In this document: positions 34,401 to 39,168 of the stretch, in pieces | How the letters are laid out: the number at the start of each line of letters is the position of its first letter | Numbering within the stretch: the first letter of the stretch is position 1 | IMG/VR virus record: IMGVR_UViG_3300032236_000879 | Location: 19,247 to 83,246 of that record | Source of the DNA: a virus | Direction: 5' to 3' (one strand) | DNA: 64,000 bases | Notes under the pieces: model-generated | Databases searched by the model: none | What the model was told of the DNA's origin: nothing | Seen by the model: the letters and a program-made list of their open reading frames with translations, nothing else | Position numbers and translations under genes: made by a program

Positions 34401-35920
34401 GATTTATCGCAGGTGCTACTGTTCAGTTCCGTGGTACTTCTTTCGGTGGACTTGCAACTGATGGTACTATCTATTTTGTGGGAACAATAGTTGATGGAAC
34501 ACACTTTACTATCGTTGATTCTACTAACACAACTGTTCCGCTCTCAAATGCTACTGGAACAGTAGAAGTTATCGTCGGTGGTCAGCCTGCAGTACGTGTC
34601 ATAACTGCAATTCAAACTGGATTCGCAACTAACACCTTAATAAGAATCGATGGAACTCAAGGTTCTACTCAATTGAACAACAATACATATTATGTAAGAG
34701 TGATTGATCCGTATACATTTGATCTTTATACCCAACCGTTCACTGCGGCATTGAATGGTGTTAATTATCCGGTAACTAATGTCTCAAATTATGTGTCTGG
34801 TGGATTCATATGGAGACAGGGAACATTCTATCTGATCGACACATATGCAACCGCAACTACAGCAGCTAACGGACGTATCACTGTAGCTTCGACAGCAAAG
34901 TTAGTATACGGCACTCCGGTATACTTTACCCAATCTGGATATCAGAACGGACAGACTTTGATGGGAAATCTTGTTCAGGGAACAGAATACTATGTACGTG
35001 ATATAATTGATGCTACACATTTTACGGTTTCATCAACTAGAGGTGGCCCGATAACAACAGTCACCACTGACACTGGATATATCAATGTTACACAGTGGGA
35101 ACAGGGTAATGTTGACCGTCTATGGGTAACAGTCAATGGTTATCGCGTACCTTCTTCTAAGCTAAAGCTCAATGCAGTGAATGAAGTCAGCATCTTGACT
35201 ACTATTAATCCAGGCGATGAAGTTGTGATGACCAGCATGATTCCTAATGCTACACCAAATCAAGAAATCTACTTGAACTTTGTTGATGTGTATGGTGCGG
35301 GATCAGTATATAGAGCAGGTGCTGAAACTAGAACTTGGTTGACGCAAACCTTAGGCATTCTAGATACAGTCATGTACGTCAATGATGTTACTTCTTTAAC
35401 AAAAGAAATAATACAAAATGTAACTGCTCCGACAGAAGTAAACGGATACTATAACATTGGATTAACCGTAGATAAGAGAATTCTTACTGGGGTTACAGTA
35501 CTCAACCATACAAAAAATCTGTATATCAATAGCAGCTATGTGAACGTGATACTTGTAGATTCTTCTCCTATAGTGCAGATCACTGCAGGCTCTTGGATCA
35601 ACACAGGTGATCTACTCACCGTTATCACACTTGAAGGTAATACAGTATTCATGAACGGTGAACAGATCAGATTTAGTAGCGTAGATTTTGTGACTAATAC
35701 ATTGAGTGGACTAGAGCGAGGCGCGAATGGCACGGGTGCACAACTCATAATTCCGCAATATACTGAAGTATATGGATTGTTAGATTCGGACAGATTGACT
35801 GATGTTGAATATCATCAAGTCTGGAATTCATATGTATATAACACAGTAGATGGTGACCCTCTACAGATTAGTCAGACTGTTTCTGCTACATTCTTAAGTG
35901 CTAGTGAGTATCCTGAATGA
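16418..35920 (+). CDS. Giant (6500 aa) multidomain baseplate/adhesin protein, probable gp7-like wedge scaffold
   Basis: Uninterrupted ORF following gp6; N-terminus FLPEVFQT..N.QFL.ATLDQL; FG-GAP-like propeller (~23700-25860), Asp-box S.DG..W repeats (~31200-32420), about 16 copies of a G...G..YYV..I...FT.S beta domain. Confidence 0.75.
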   Translation: MARIRTLNFLPEVFQTPPNAQFLAATLDQLVNSPNVANVQGYVGSKFGTGVNATDAYVPEPTKARVDYQLDPAVVFTKPNETTANDFVTYPGILDAIKLAGGITDDNSKLFTSQFYSWDSFTNLDPLINFNQYYWLPDGPPAVTVAASTIFSKEAFVVTSNTNSYSIVREGSTTSNANPPITLLRGGTYTFAVNQNTRFWIQGAPGISGYSPTQPNQPVRDVYGVTNNGVETGFVTFEVPLKNAQDEFNFPNTVNVDVISTTSFDNINGQFVNSFAGIDGITSLLGLTVAFYNTPQEIAYISSYYGETSYDTNDPALVPPATLSIASCNTSAFTLASGNTSGLVVGGTVTFTGTVFGGVNPGQVYFINSIPSSNSFTIATSLNGPTLTLTAASGSMTANVNQGLYEDGYNANINTTFFTVTYIGDPTNPIIRLVPSGAIPSNTKIVPVYGVEWNNRPFYLDVANNLELIPYISAPLDVLYYQDGTDPNKVGTIHLIESNLNNTIDVDLQILGKKNYTAPNGVVFTNGLKVEFDGDVIPTSYLTGQYYVQGVGTAIELVNVETLVVPEKFSEGEYIAWDVTSWDIGNYDISLDIPVLADYIVIARNAISKNAWARSNRWFHIDVINATAKYNNDPTIVTTYATAANKAARPIIEFYPNLKLFDSGATGVNPVDFIDTTNTDALSTVPGSVAYYPDVQVYSTASATITASPTTPVSAGSFVVGNTYQISTYGTTTDWNAIAGTSYQNYAVGSRFVCVNAGSGNGFAVPLATSTTITVAASALNGTLADYMFIADSTGILPANSQITNISGTTTLTLTVTWAIPQNVVGASGVILYASDTTVNNYGLFPGARVIFAGDSDPNVRNKIYVSNFSVIAPSTTPTITLIVAEDGIIGPDTQTVITRGYTNAGLSYWFDGLYWNQAQQKVYLNQAPKFDVFDANGVSFGDSTVYPSTTFAGSKLFAYGLGTGTKDPVLGFPIRYSSVSNLGDISFDVSLNSDTFNYVYNSNPVTQKVNTGYVYNYTNAATYKRLLGWETAIAPSQQYQILEFNFVPGTTQTSNQFLCDIAPLAPLGPHETGWPRVKVYINNEYQDTNTYTYTTTDTTTTVILNTLPTVKTVIQILILSDQVSKAGYYQIPLNLSNNPFNTDLTVVNTGDIRTQYQDIFINSPIVTGTIFGTNNFRDCGDLVPYGTKIIQNSASLVLPGMSLRNPQYNLFNALQFNSNEYIKYKQLIVDTVQNTDYVQRYTPSQILDDAISQIAAAKSEVNAFFWSDMLPNQNSYISNTYVFNNDLDRSQYPLSHVYNFESANYNGVLVYLTRNIGGILAERQLITGVEYVISTDSPTLTITIPMLQGDNVTIKEYNQTYGSYVPNTPTKLGIYPKFIPGVVLDPNYTIPTYFIQGHDGSYTKLYGDYIPEANVLVDFRDQALLEFEQRVYNNLKLSTETPIKRYEVVPGFFRTSTYTWDQYLQIYSTQFLNWIGQNRIDYKTQYFSRVNEFTYNYTNSTSKVDNNPIVQGYWRGLYEYYYDTTTPNTTPWEMLGFEIMPDWWTSRYGPAPYTSDNGILWGDLEQGLVWNNGEPYINPLVARPGLSKIIPVDSNGNLLSPYKVIVGNYNPSTFNKDWKVGDDAPAELSYRRSSTYPFDLTRIFALTRPAEFYNLCVDLDHYKYNVEFNQYLVDDRSHLVPANIQVYGNGIAKTSYLNWIVDFEKQQGIDSTTELTTSLNNLDVRLVYRLAGYSDKSLLQFYVEKPSPSSTNASLLIPNESYAILLYDNQAFDRIMFSGVIVQQNDSYWTVYGNSQTNAYFQILDPNFNGNWTTLTTENISVKVAQSYSTNVSLVPYGTKFYSTQDLAQFLISYGKYLESKGMVFDAIENGIHVTWQQMVYEYLYWVQTGWSIGSIITLNPAATTMDINQPSAIVQPLTIQQQNFVLNQNLYPIKLNDLCINRDGTLLHMHTLNAGDTMAYAQFNLSNFEHGIVFDNYTLFNDTIYNLITGLYQNRIFVRGQKTAEWNGTVNAWGFILNQTDIHEFNSFTKYTKGEIVKYKNKYWTSLTIIEPSGVFDETKWKQINYSKIQQGMFANPSTRAYESTLYYDAQKANLHQDADLLSFSLIGYRPRDYLALIDLTDTAQVQVYKNMIRNKGTLNALNAFKGANLPQGGIQYDIYENWSILTGTYGGVLNENFVDFRLQQADMTGDPAIVSLTNGNGTAGTMQEVSIYDLYNYGTEITSPDILSTTTATPTQILYPSAGYVNFNDVKMSTYFYSGLPTATDINGKIIPIQNFYVGEFIWMANFKEKWGVFRWKPIGQVTQVRNNQNQTATVTFNTPHGLSKLDPMAIINFATSVDGYYIVTDVVNLYEVIINLSIVGANQTTVQGRGLGFAFESQRVATPSEIETLNLTENEFIKNLVWVDENNDGGWAVYEKSINYLYQNQLQLPESTTYGSAVAYTDTSGYLVGDAGANRVYRYSYNNVSGQSTLTQTVVPYGGSIATSFGSNIAYAKNIYVIGANGPGEDDIGNFIYVINDSIISTDMLKYQNDYIYASAADIAMSDDANWLYVSDIANGLVLAYRRDNITFNAGYFTSGETYIIDSLGTTDFTAIGAIQNKVGIAFIATGPGTGTGVATQASYKLAHIINCADLGLTADSKFGNSLSTNYDGSVLMIGAPDVADTSPVLANWGAAYVYQRAVQTFEAQYSSVPYQPFAFNLAWTPQTNTFLPPQTLTSTTVIGNYIYVNDATYLRINMPVMFIAGSAGAGLNNSGINPYVTYYIADIIENTIALKTSRSTSTIVSLIDGTITCTMYPQYDVNGSTRVYVSVNGKVVQDNNYALAGSTLYYTGNLQVGDIVNVSGTDFFMAQEFNSEYNNRPDVYFGTSVAVTKYGSTVLVGSPYEIDTDGKEGAVYSYTNGGAKYGLVIGTSPCNITSARTLLINGFAVYLPIGNAAVVANAINGSNINNIQAAATADNKIMIQLINSSLAGVDNKLLLTTFDSNLFGELGVELFTNTQIIKCPHQFGPTEFGYKVKTNHANSIVISAPVGTRYEGTVFDFTDDNNLDNDTVFDNNATQFVDTYPNAGAVYMFEYLSNYNENLANPGTWTYAQSTNDISTDYGYNPQYGAALDFNQYNVMIGSPNFQPYTLGGEVIVYNNATGANDWTVYRQSAPVVDINKVQNTQLYSASTNNTLTNLDYIDPLQNKLLGAARENLDFVTGVDPAVYNVSYNAEAGPVWGAPQVGKLWFDTANVRWVNYHQNDVVYNSKYWGEVFPGSDVAVYSWIASFIPPQNYQGPGVPYDVNQFVVNNTMNSSNVVVPVYYFWVRNTNVIFSKTGKTLSDSVVQNYISNPRTSGIPFMAPVLPNTFSIYNSGNFFNADDTVFHIGFANGSSQDIVHNEYSLIRENFADDFLPGFPNTNNAHNESGVHGDIGKEYIYGAPSSLYAKMIDSLAGCTPAGNIVPDPFLPLAVQSGVLVRPSQSFFYDRFAALDNYLSYANSVLINYPIFELREELSFLFTSGTYFNTPDYWSYVDWWATGYNNSTKASVQVAVYADLSTLNVPVGTIAKVNQNGAGKWEVYIQSYTNIWTRIGLQNGTLQFSSSLWDYSAGKLGWSGNFFDTTPFDLYPSEETRSIVRALNEQIYIGDLLIHRNKSLILLFEYIQSETIESQNFLPWLNKTSLVDVAHTIRELLPYEVYKTDDQVFLSGYVNEAKPYRVVIKDFLFKYTKTDVFEGDITDFDLPAIYDSVNQQFVSPQLIYTTDTSSDYEFNTTSQIWQNVNYSQWFQHYGLSVTGQPEFPITILSSYLNRRSTYIIVDNAHGFPTNGIITIGTEQISYSYVDRALNIIGGLTRGVNQTTPVDHIPGEQIIIDLPAVILLDGGRGYANPPKVTAVFDTTKYPAPREDATFEAVLGNGSVVQINVTNPGSGYAVLPDLVIEPALTVYFDNTNINSRFHTINVYAPALQTGDLIQYRPGTGAGAGRLADGQWYYINVLETSTISVIGLYTTYSNAINDQDRVTIFDNGTAAGMSLNLGAKASIITSSAPVRENIVTLRFDRTSYGSKIQDWQADSFYGAYFAGSYYSVDTTSSSSPLLLENTNPDINTITASADGVTFEITSVSNEEQTTWSSYTRSVGSTIAANNAIRLIPQDGNNNPLGAEPNASGTTIGFYVGMPIKFHGTVIGGIVQDQVYYVAQVLNEIDFTISAISGGSVVSLTNSTANYPLYCYTGEVVDTALINVNYPGILTATATSASNNAITVPLTAIGTGGTNGFYPGLTVFFTGTDSQFTAFGNAITANEVYYVNTIIDEQTFTISEFKNPTFTNVLHNVTENNTVYPITANVTQTIGSTDIVVVDSTQDFNLHDPVIFNSMVVSGNPVTTFGGIVSGTVYYVSQIVNGTEMKISQTSTGVTYNLSDQTGTAIATNQSNVVQLTTATGQLTLNVALPVSPGQVNGQKLKFYQTSTQFTGINTGVISNLIKTSVDATIGTVNKIAVGTTTNFYTNMPVQFEVATGGLLTGTTYYVIDYTGNGGITPTLQVVVSATSSTGNKLICKSGTNTGDLYVNMPLIFSGTGLGGIIIGEVYYVKSVVDSTHFTVSLSPGGATLTLANDSGYMLGTGDSYITVSLTPGGSLVSLSTSTTASTLDQIVTATPTFDISYILGGYRAIIANGGTGFAVDNVITISGTAVGGVSPANDIIITVAAVDTNGAITSISLAGNPPDIELSYYVKVVSATGLELYQDSLLSIPVNGKTLPYTGFTSANVTQTSSTGNIITVSSSTAFSINDEVIFTGNVIGNIVLGQPYYVISKPSSTQIRVSQLPNGSPFNPGNATGSCLVTKPGSFAYLPEPFYFQPSIIRYNNRLYECLVSNNDPEFVFGKWQLIDSGARNINAMDRVIGYYQPTANMPGKDLTQLFEGVSYPNPIYYGNAFQPSQQFELDTLLQDQPFYPTGVQLTSVVYNNGEYYAASNLTDYSAVLYSTDNVNWALTKLSSVNVHTTDIIYHNSVYVMTSNNSATPIFRSSNGIDWSTNGYFTPWGADGWSDFNYDMTSLNVAALALNSVTTFNNFWFAAGDSIVSSNDTYVWGKVHSYPSANAVTLYSIASVSIPNFTGLIAVGKGLRLDYSTGTTQLVPTDIISTSTDGLIWQDLASLTDKTFRAVAANTNRITVVGDSGVIYYSTDGINFLGLNEATVTNVDDANNILSLTNTAGLTVGDTIRFTTAFSSILAGTTYFVKSIISPTRITISATLGGATKTLTPYAINSQIIAYKYDPANPNPNALYNIIYANDLWVAIGAAGTIKTSSDGMSWTVRSSGTTHNLNGIIWSGTEFTVVGDNNTVITSTDGITWSGSTIFSVLPSTYDVKGADFQYGYAPEELVAGNVRDDLAMTVVTRPGTNWDAAEYSNVGYNVISIEVAPKTQTQTIYNFDRIVQVPVQVSVQVLDASTMLGTTLSPTQYSVDWVNKNIILNSPISFTPDMQKLRIDIYEVGNGEQLVKASTHNDPIRTNVDTGFNEIYLNCNYSANIFNGSGVIKPGSFDLTVTAVATDSITNSITCDDVSQFSIGQAVTFTGVVFGNLQTNTTYYIKSISMITESITVSLSYDPITGIAGPTTNLTTDTGTMSVNLAYGSDIPWTTPYVVHNGTRLVQGYSSQVTGTSSITNTVITNSTAGMTVGMPVTFSKSVFGVLSPITRYYVASIIDNNNFTVSATPNGSTVTLTDAAGAAYYITNDFAFGLQPNKIQATLIFATDTYTRANDYIAYSVFGESEPAEYGYTVPERQEFVANGTTVAFTLGNYVGGDNPTNAIVEINGIRQSSSKYTISFGTNSVIFATPPANGAIVAVTSYNVTDRQYLNSQYGITGNVGSAFATFVVGQTNNVTGTWDQNSPSAQTWDENSPSIISWDEQQNWLTLSSGTTGVLHVNDPIIFSAPTIGGLVAGQTYYVTQILDTSNFVISATLGGPAVVLTNDTGSMTANANALIVAQITNINNNITSPIADTVATATATGTNRITVLSTSGFIAGATVQFRGTSFGGLATDGTIYFVGTIVDGTHFTIVDSTNTTVPLSNATGTVEVIVGGQPAVRVITAIQTGFATNTLIRIDGTQGSTQLNNNTYYVRVIDPYTFDLYTQPFTAALNGVNYPVTNVSNYVSGGFIWRQGTFYLIDTYATATTAANGRITVASTAKLVYGTPVYFTQSGYQNGQTLMGNLVQGTEYYVRDIIDATHFTVSSTRGGPITTVTTDTGYINVTQWEQGNVDRLWVTVNGYRVPSSKLKLNAVNEVSILTTINPGDEVVMTSMIPNATPNQEIYLNFVDVYGAGSVYRAGAETRTWLTQTLGILDTVMYVNDVTSLTKEIIQNVTAPTEVNGYYNIGLTVDKRILTGVTVLNHTKNLYINSSYVNVILVDSSPIVQITAGSWINTGDLLTVITLEGNTVFMNGEQIRFSSVDFVTNTLSGLERGANGTGAQLIIPQYTEVYGLLDSDRLTDVEYHQVWNSYVYNTVDGDPLQISQTVSATFLSASEYPE

Positions 35921-35926
35921 TAAATA
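35919..35926 (+). promoter_or_regulatory. T4-like late promoter GATAAATA
   Basis: Overlaps the stop of the giant gene, upstream of the leader-bearing genes. Confidence 0.7.
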
Positions 35927-35967
35927 AAAGAACACATTCTTTGAATGTTTAATTGGAAACGGAATAC

Positions 35968-36720
35968 ATGAGTAATTCAGACGACTTTAGAAAATTGATG
36001 ACTCTCCTAGAGTCGATTGAACAGGGAAATCAATCCCAGCAGCTGGATGAGATTTTTGGTATTCCTGATCTTCCGGATTGGGTTCCTGGCAGTAAAGCAA
36101 ATAAAAAAATGAAAGCTGATGAAAAAGCTAGTGAAGAAAAATATAAGAAAGAATCCGAAGAAGTTGATCGTGTTTGGGATAATATTAAGGCAAGAAGCCA
36201 ATCTATTCCGGTGTGGATGTATTTCTTTTGGCAGCCAAGCCAAACAATGGATTCATTAAAAGAAGTTGCTCAAACGACTGGAATCTTAGAACCTTTTTTT
36301 GTTGATGCTAGTTATGACCCGGTTAAAGGAACAGGCAAAGCTTCAAATCCGAATGCTGATGCATCAGGAATAATAGGTTCAATGTTGGCGGGTATGTTAG
36401 CAGTAGGGATAGTACCATCTAGTTATCTTGTATACCAAGGTAAAATATTGAAAAGTCCCTTAACAGGTCATAGAGCTATTGTTCATAGTCCGGGTATGTT
36501 TCCCGGTATGAGTGATTTCGGCAATCTTGATCATCCGGATACTGCAAGTTCAAAAAATAAGATAATCGATATTGTAAAACGTTGGACAGGACGGGGCGGG
36601 CCTCCTAATGGCGGCGGTGAAAGAACAACTGAACCTCAAAAAACTACTGTTGCACCTCCGGGCGGACAAGGAAGCAACGTGATTCCCCTTAGACCGGTAG
36701 CTAATAGAAGAGCAGCATAA
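35968..36720 (+). CDS. Putative internal head (cargo) protein 1 with conserved N-terminal leader
   Basis: Start moved to ATG 35968 by alignment with the two downstream genes; leader MSNSDDFRKLMTLLESIEQGNQSQQLDE. Confidence 0.6.
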   Translation: MSNSDDFRKLMTLLESIEQGNQSQQLDEIFGIPDLPDWVPGSKANKKMKADEKASEEKYKKESEEVDRVWDNIKARSQSIPVWMYFFWQPSQTMDSLKEVAQTTGILEPFFVDASYDPVKGTGKASNPNADASGIIGSMLAGMLAVGIVPSSYLVYQGKILKSPLTGHRAIVHSPGMFPGMSDFGNLDHPDTASSKNKIIDIVKRWTGRGGPPNGGGERTTEPQKTTVAPPGGQGSNVIPLRPVANRRAA

Positions 36721-36730
36721 AGGACAACAA

Positions 36731-37168
36731 ATGAACTCAGACGACTTTAGAAAAATGATGACTCTACTGGAGTCAATTGAAACCCCGACACATCAGATAG
36801 ATGAAGGCAAAGAACATCATGATGTATCATCAGGTAAATGGGCTGCTAGCGTTCCTGAAGGTCAGAAAGCACTCAATACTGCTTCAAACATAGTTTATAA
36901 TAAACCGTTTGAACAACTTGACCCAGCTATTCGAAAAGTATTAGTTGCTGCTATAACTGCTGCTGCTACAGTAGAAGAATGGTGGAAAACTGATTGGTTG
37001 GGAAACATTAAGGAACATTACTCACAGTTTATGTGTCCTAAACCCGAAGATGTCATCAATCGTCTTCGTTCTGAATACCCTGAAATCATTACAGACAACA
37101 AACTTAATTCCGCAGTTAAACAAACCGTTAAAGAGTGGCGTAAATATCACCGCACCGCGGCTCAATAA
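36731..37168 (+). CDS. Putative internal head (cargo) protein 2
   Basis: Leader MNSDDFRKMMTLLESIETPTHQIDE; AAGGA RBS; body unrelated to its neighbours. Confidence 0.6.
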   Translation: MNSDDFRKMMTLLESIETPTHQIDEGKEHHDVSSGKWAASVPEGQKALNTASNIVYNKPFEQLDPAIRKVLVAAITAAATVEEWWKTDWLGNIKEHYSQFMCPKPEDVINRLRSEYPEIITDNKLNSAVKQTVKEWRKYHRTAAQ

Positions 37169-37204
37169 ATCTTTATACACAAATAATGAAAAAAGCAGAT
37201 AAAA

Positions 37205-38014
37205 ATGAACTCAAATGACTTTAGAAAAATGATGACTCTACTAGAGTCGATTGAGCAAGGGCGCCCAACACACCAATTAGATGAGATTTTTGGTATATTT
37301 GGTCGTGGGGATAAGCAGGGACAACTAGCAGACGAAATCAAGAAAACTGAAATCATACTAAATTCAGCCATACAAGCTAAAGAACTTTGGGAAAAGCTTG
37401 AAGGAGAAAGCCAATCTGCTCCGATCTGGTTATACTTCACAACAGATCAACACACTTCCCCCGGTGTAGTAAGTAATATACGAAGAGCCGCTGCTATCAG
37501 TAAATTTAATACCTTTTTCGGAGAGTATTCATTCGCTGACACACCATATCAACAGACTGATCTTAGAATAAATCTTGAACGTTGGGATAATATAGCTCAA
37601 CCGTATGATCTTGAATACGGAGGGAATGGATTTTATTATGGTAATGCTGTAAAGTTAATACAAGTTTATAAGTGTTATAACTTTAACTTTCCTACTAGTT
37701 CTATTCTATACAAAGGAAAGGTTATAGAAAGCGGTAATTATTCTGGAGCAGGTAAGACTACGTTTGTTCATACACCTAAAGCTACTGCTAGTGGTAACCT
37801 TCAGGATGAGAATTGGAGAGATAATCCAGACTCTGGACACTCTTTTGAAAGAATAGTTGATATTGTGAAACAGTATTGTAATTGGGAAGACGGTCATTCT
37901 ATTGGTTCCTTCCCACCAGAAGGTGTATCGTTAGCCCCTGATGGTAACGGATTGGATTGGGGAATCAATCACTTTAGCGAAAAACTAGATGAACTTAGAA
38001 AGCAGCGTAGATGA
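37205..38014 (+). CDS. Putative internal head (cargo) protein 3, paralog of protein 1
   Basis: Leader MNSNDFRKMMTLLESIEQGRPTHQLDE; shares DEIFGI, SQS.P.W.YF, Y.GK...S and I.DIVK with 35968. Confidence 0.6.
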   Translation: MNSNDFRKMMTLLESIEQGRPTHQLDEIFGIFGRGDKQGQLADEIKKTEIILNSAIQAKELWEKLEGESQSAPIWLYFTTDQHTSPGVVSNIRRAAAISKFNTFFGEYSFADTPYQQTDLRINLERWDNIAQPYDLEYGGNGFYYGNAVKLIQVYKCYNFNFPTSSILYKGKVIESGNYSGAGKTTFVHTPKATASGNLQDENWRDNPDSGHSFERIVDIVKQYCNWEDGHSIGSFPPEGVSLAPDGNGLDWGINHFSEKLDELRKQRR

Positions 38015-38145
38015 AATCGAATAATAAGAACAAAGTCACTCCTAGAAAACCGGATGAGGTAGGTGGAATTTATTTTTCTTCTGCTATAAAGATTTTTGAT
38101 CCAAAGACAGGTGAGATAATTTTACATAAAAGAGGAGACGGATAA
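38011..38145 (+). CDS. Small hypothetical protein (44 aa), probably virion-associated
   Basis: Below ORF-track cutoff: MKSNNKNKVTPRKPDEVGGIYFSSAIKIFDPKTGEIILHKRGDG; ATGA overlap upstream and abuts the next ATG. Confidence 0.6.
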   Translation: MKSNNKNKVTPRKPDEVGGIYFSSAIKIFDPKTGEIILHKRGDG

Positions 38146-38424
38146 ATGCCAAACATTTATCTGACCGAAAACCTATTTAATAAGGCATTTGGAATATTAC
38201 CATGGCGATATATAGGTAGTGAAAAAAATAATAATGCATTAGTATGGACATTGACTACGCCGAACGGTGATATTATAACAGTATCCGGACTTCGTCATTG
38301 GGCAAAGAGTAACGGACATAAGTATCAAGATATATATAATAGCAAGAACGGATGGAATGCGGTAAAGCATGGCTCTGGTCGCGGCGGCGGAAGAAAGAAA
38401 AAGGAACATAACAGTGGAATTTAA
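38146..38424 (+). pseudogene. Internally deleted GIY-YIG-type homing endonuclease remnant
   Basis: NIYLTEN...RYIGS start joined directly to a NUMOD-like W.LTTPNG....GLRHWAK..G tail; only 92 aa. Confidence 0.55.
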
Positions 38425-39040
38425 TATAAAGGTGTTTATAAAGGGACACATTACTATTACAGATGTTACTGAACCTGACAATCATATTGTTTTAGTTGAC
38501 AAGGATAACCAAATCAACTATGAAAACATGTCAGAGGCTATTGCAGACTCTCTGAGCAGCCGTGGCTACGGTCAAATCTATGAAATGGCATTTGGAAACG
38601 GTGCGTCGTCTATCGATGAGACCGGGGTGATCACCTATCTTCCTCCGAACACGACTGGACAGAATGCTGCTCTCTACAATCAGACATATGCGAAGATTGT
38701 AGATGATACGAGCGTATTCAATCTAGACCCAACCCGAAACAAAATGACAGTGCTCCATAGTGCAGGTAACTTGTACACTGATATTCTAGTACAGTGCTTG
38801 CTTGACTACGGTCAGCCTGCAGGACAAGCAGCTTTTGATAATAGCACTTCAGTCACATCAGATTATATCTTTGATGAATTAGGATTGCTAGCTAATTACG
38901 GTACGGATGCTAACGGTAATACAATCACTAGACTTTTAACTCACGTAGTATTTCACCCTGTACAGAAGTCTTTGAATAGACAGATTCAAATAGATTACAC
39001 TGTGCGGGTGCAGTCACTTACCAATTTGGTGACTATATGA
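38414..39040 (+). CDS. Conserved virion structural protein (baseplate/fibre-attachment region)
   Basis: GTG 38414 with AAGGA RBS preferred over 38369; motifs INYENMS, MAFGNG, FDELGL, LLTHVVFHPVQKSLNR.IQIDYTVR. Confidence 0.6.
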   Translation: MEFNIKVFIKGHITITDVTEPDNHIVLVDKDNQINYENMSEAIADSLSSRGYGQIYEMAFGNGASSIDETGVITYLPPNTTGQNAALYNQTYAKIVDDTSVFNLDPTRNKMTVLHSAGNLYTDILVQCLLDYGQPAGQAAFDNSTSVTSDYIFDELGLLANYGTDANGNTITRLLTHVVFHPVQKSLNRQIQIDYTVRVQSLTNLVTI

Positions 39041-39168
39041 ACGATAAATTCGCCCCTACCTGGTTGATGATTAAACGCCACATGCATACAGGCGTGCTGT
39101 ATTTCTGTAAAACTACTAGGGCCGATCCATACAAATATAACGGAGTGCATAAACAGTGTCATATGTAA
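39037..39168 (+). pseudogene. Truncated N-terminus of a Seg/GIY-YIG-like homing endonuclease
   Basis: Not in ORF track: MNDKFAPTWLMIKRHMHTGVLYFCKTTRADPYKYNG then stop; resembles the F.PTWLYIK.H..TGL.YFGKT..DP..Y.GSG start of phage endonucleases. Confidence 0.6.

Larger units (their letters stand above)
35968..37294 (+). repeat. Three dispersed ~75-90 bp repeats encoding the shared leader peptide
   Basis: GACTTTAGAAAA(T/A)TGATGACTCT.CT.GAGTC.ATTGA at gene starts 35968, 36731 and 37205. Confidence 0.9.

Noticed and set aside
16418-35920. Intein, intron or stop-codon recoding explaining the giant ORF
   Set aside because: No intein or endonuclease motifs noticed; TAA, TAG and TGA all end well-defined genes in the window under the standard code.
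35934-35948. Hairpin ACATTC-TTT-GAATGT in the cargo-operon leader
   Set aside because: Only 6 bp with a 3-nt loop in AT-rich DNA; could be chance.
35968-37294. CRISPR array reading of the three repeats
   Set aside because: Repeats are in-frame gene starts spaced 470-760 bp apart; no cas genes.
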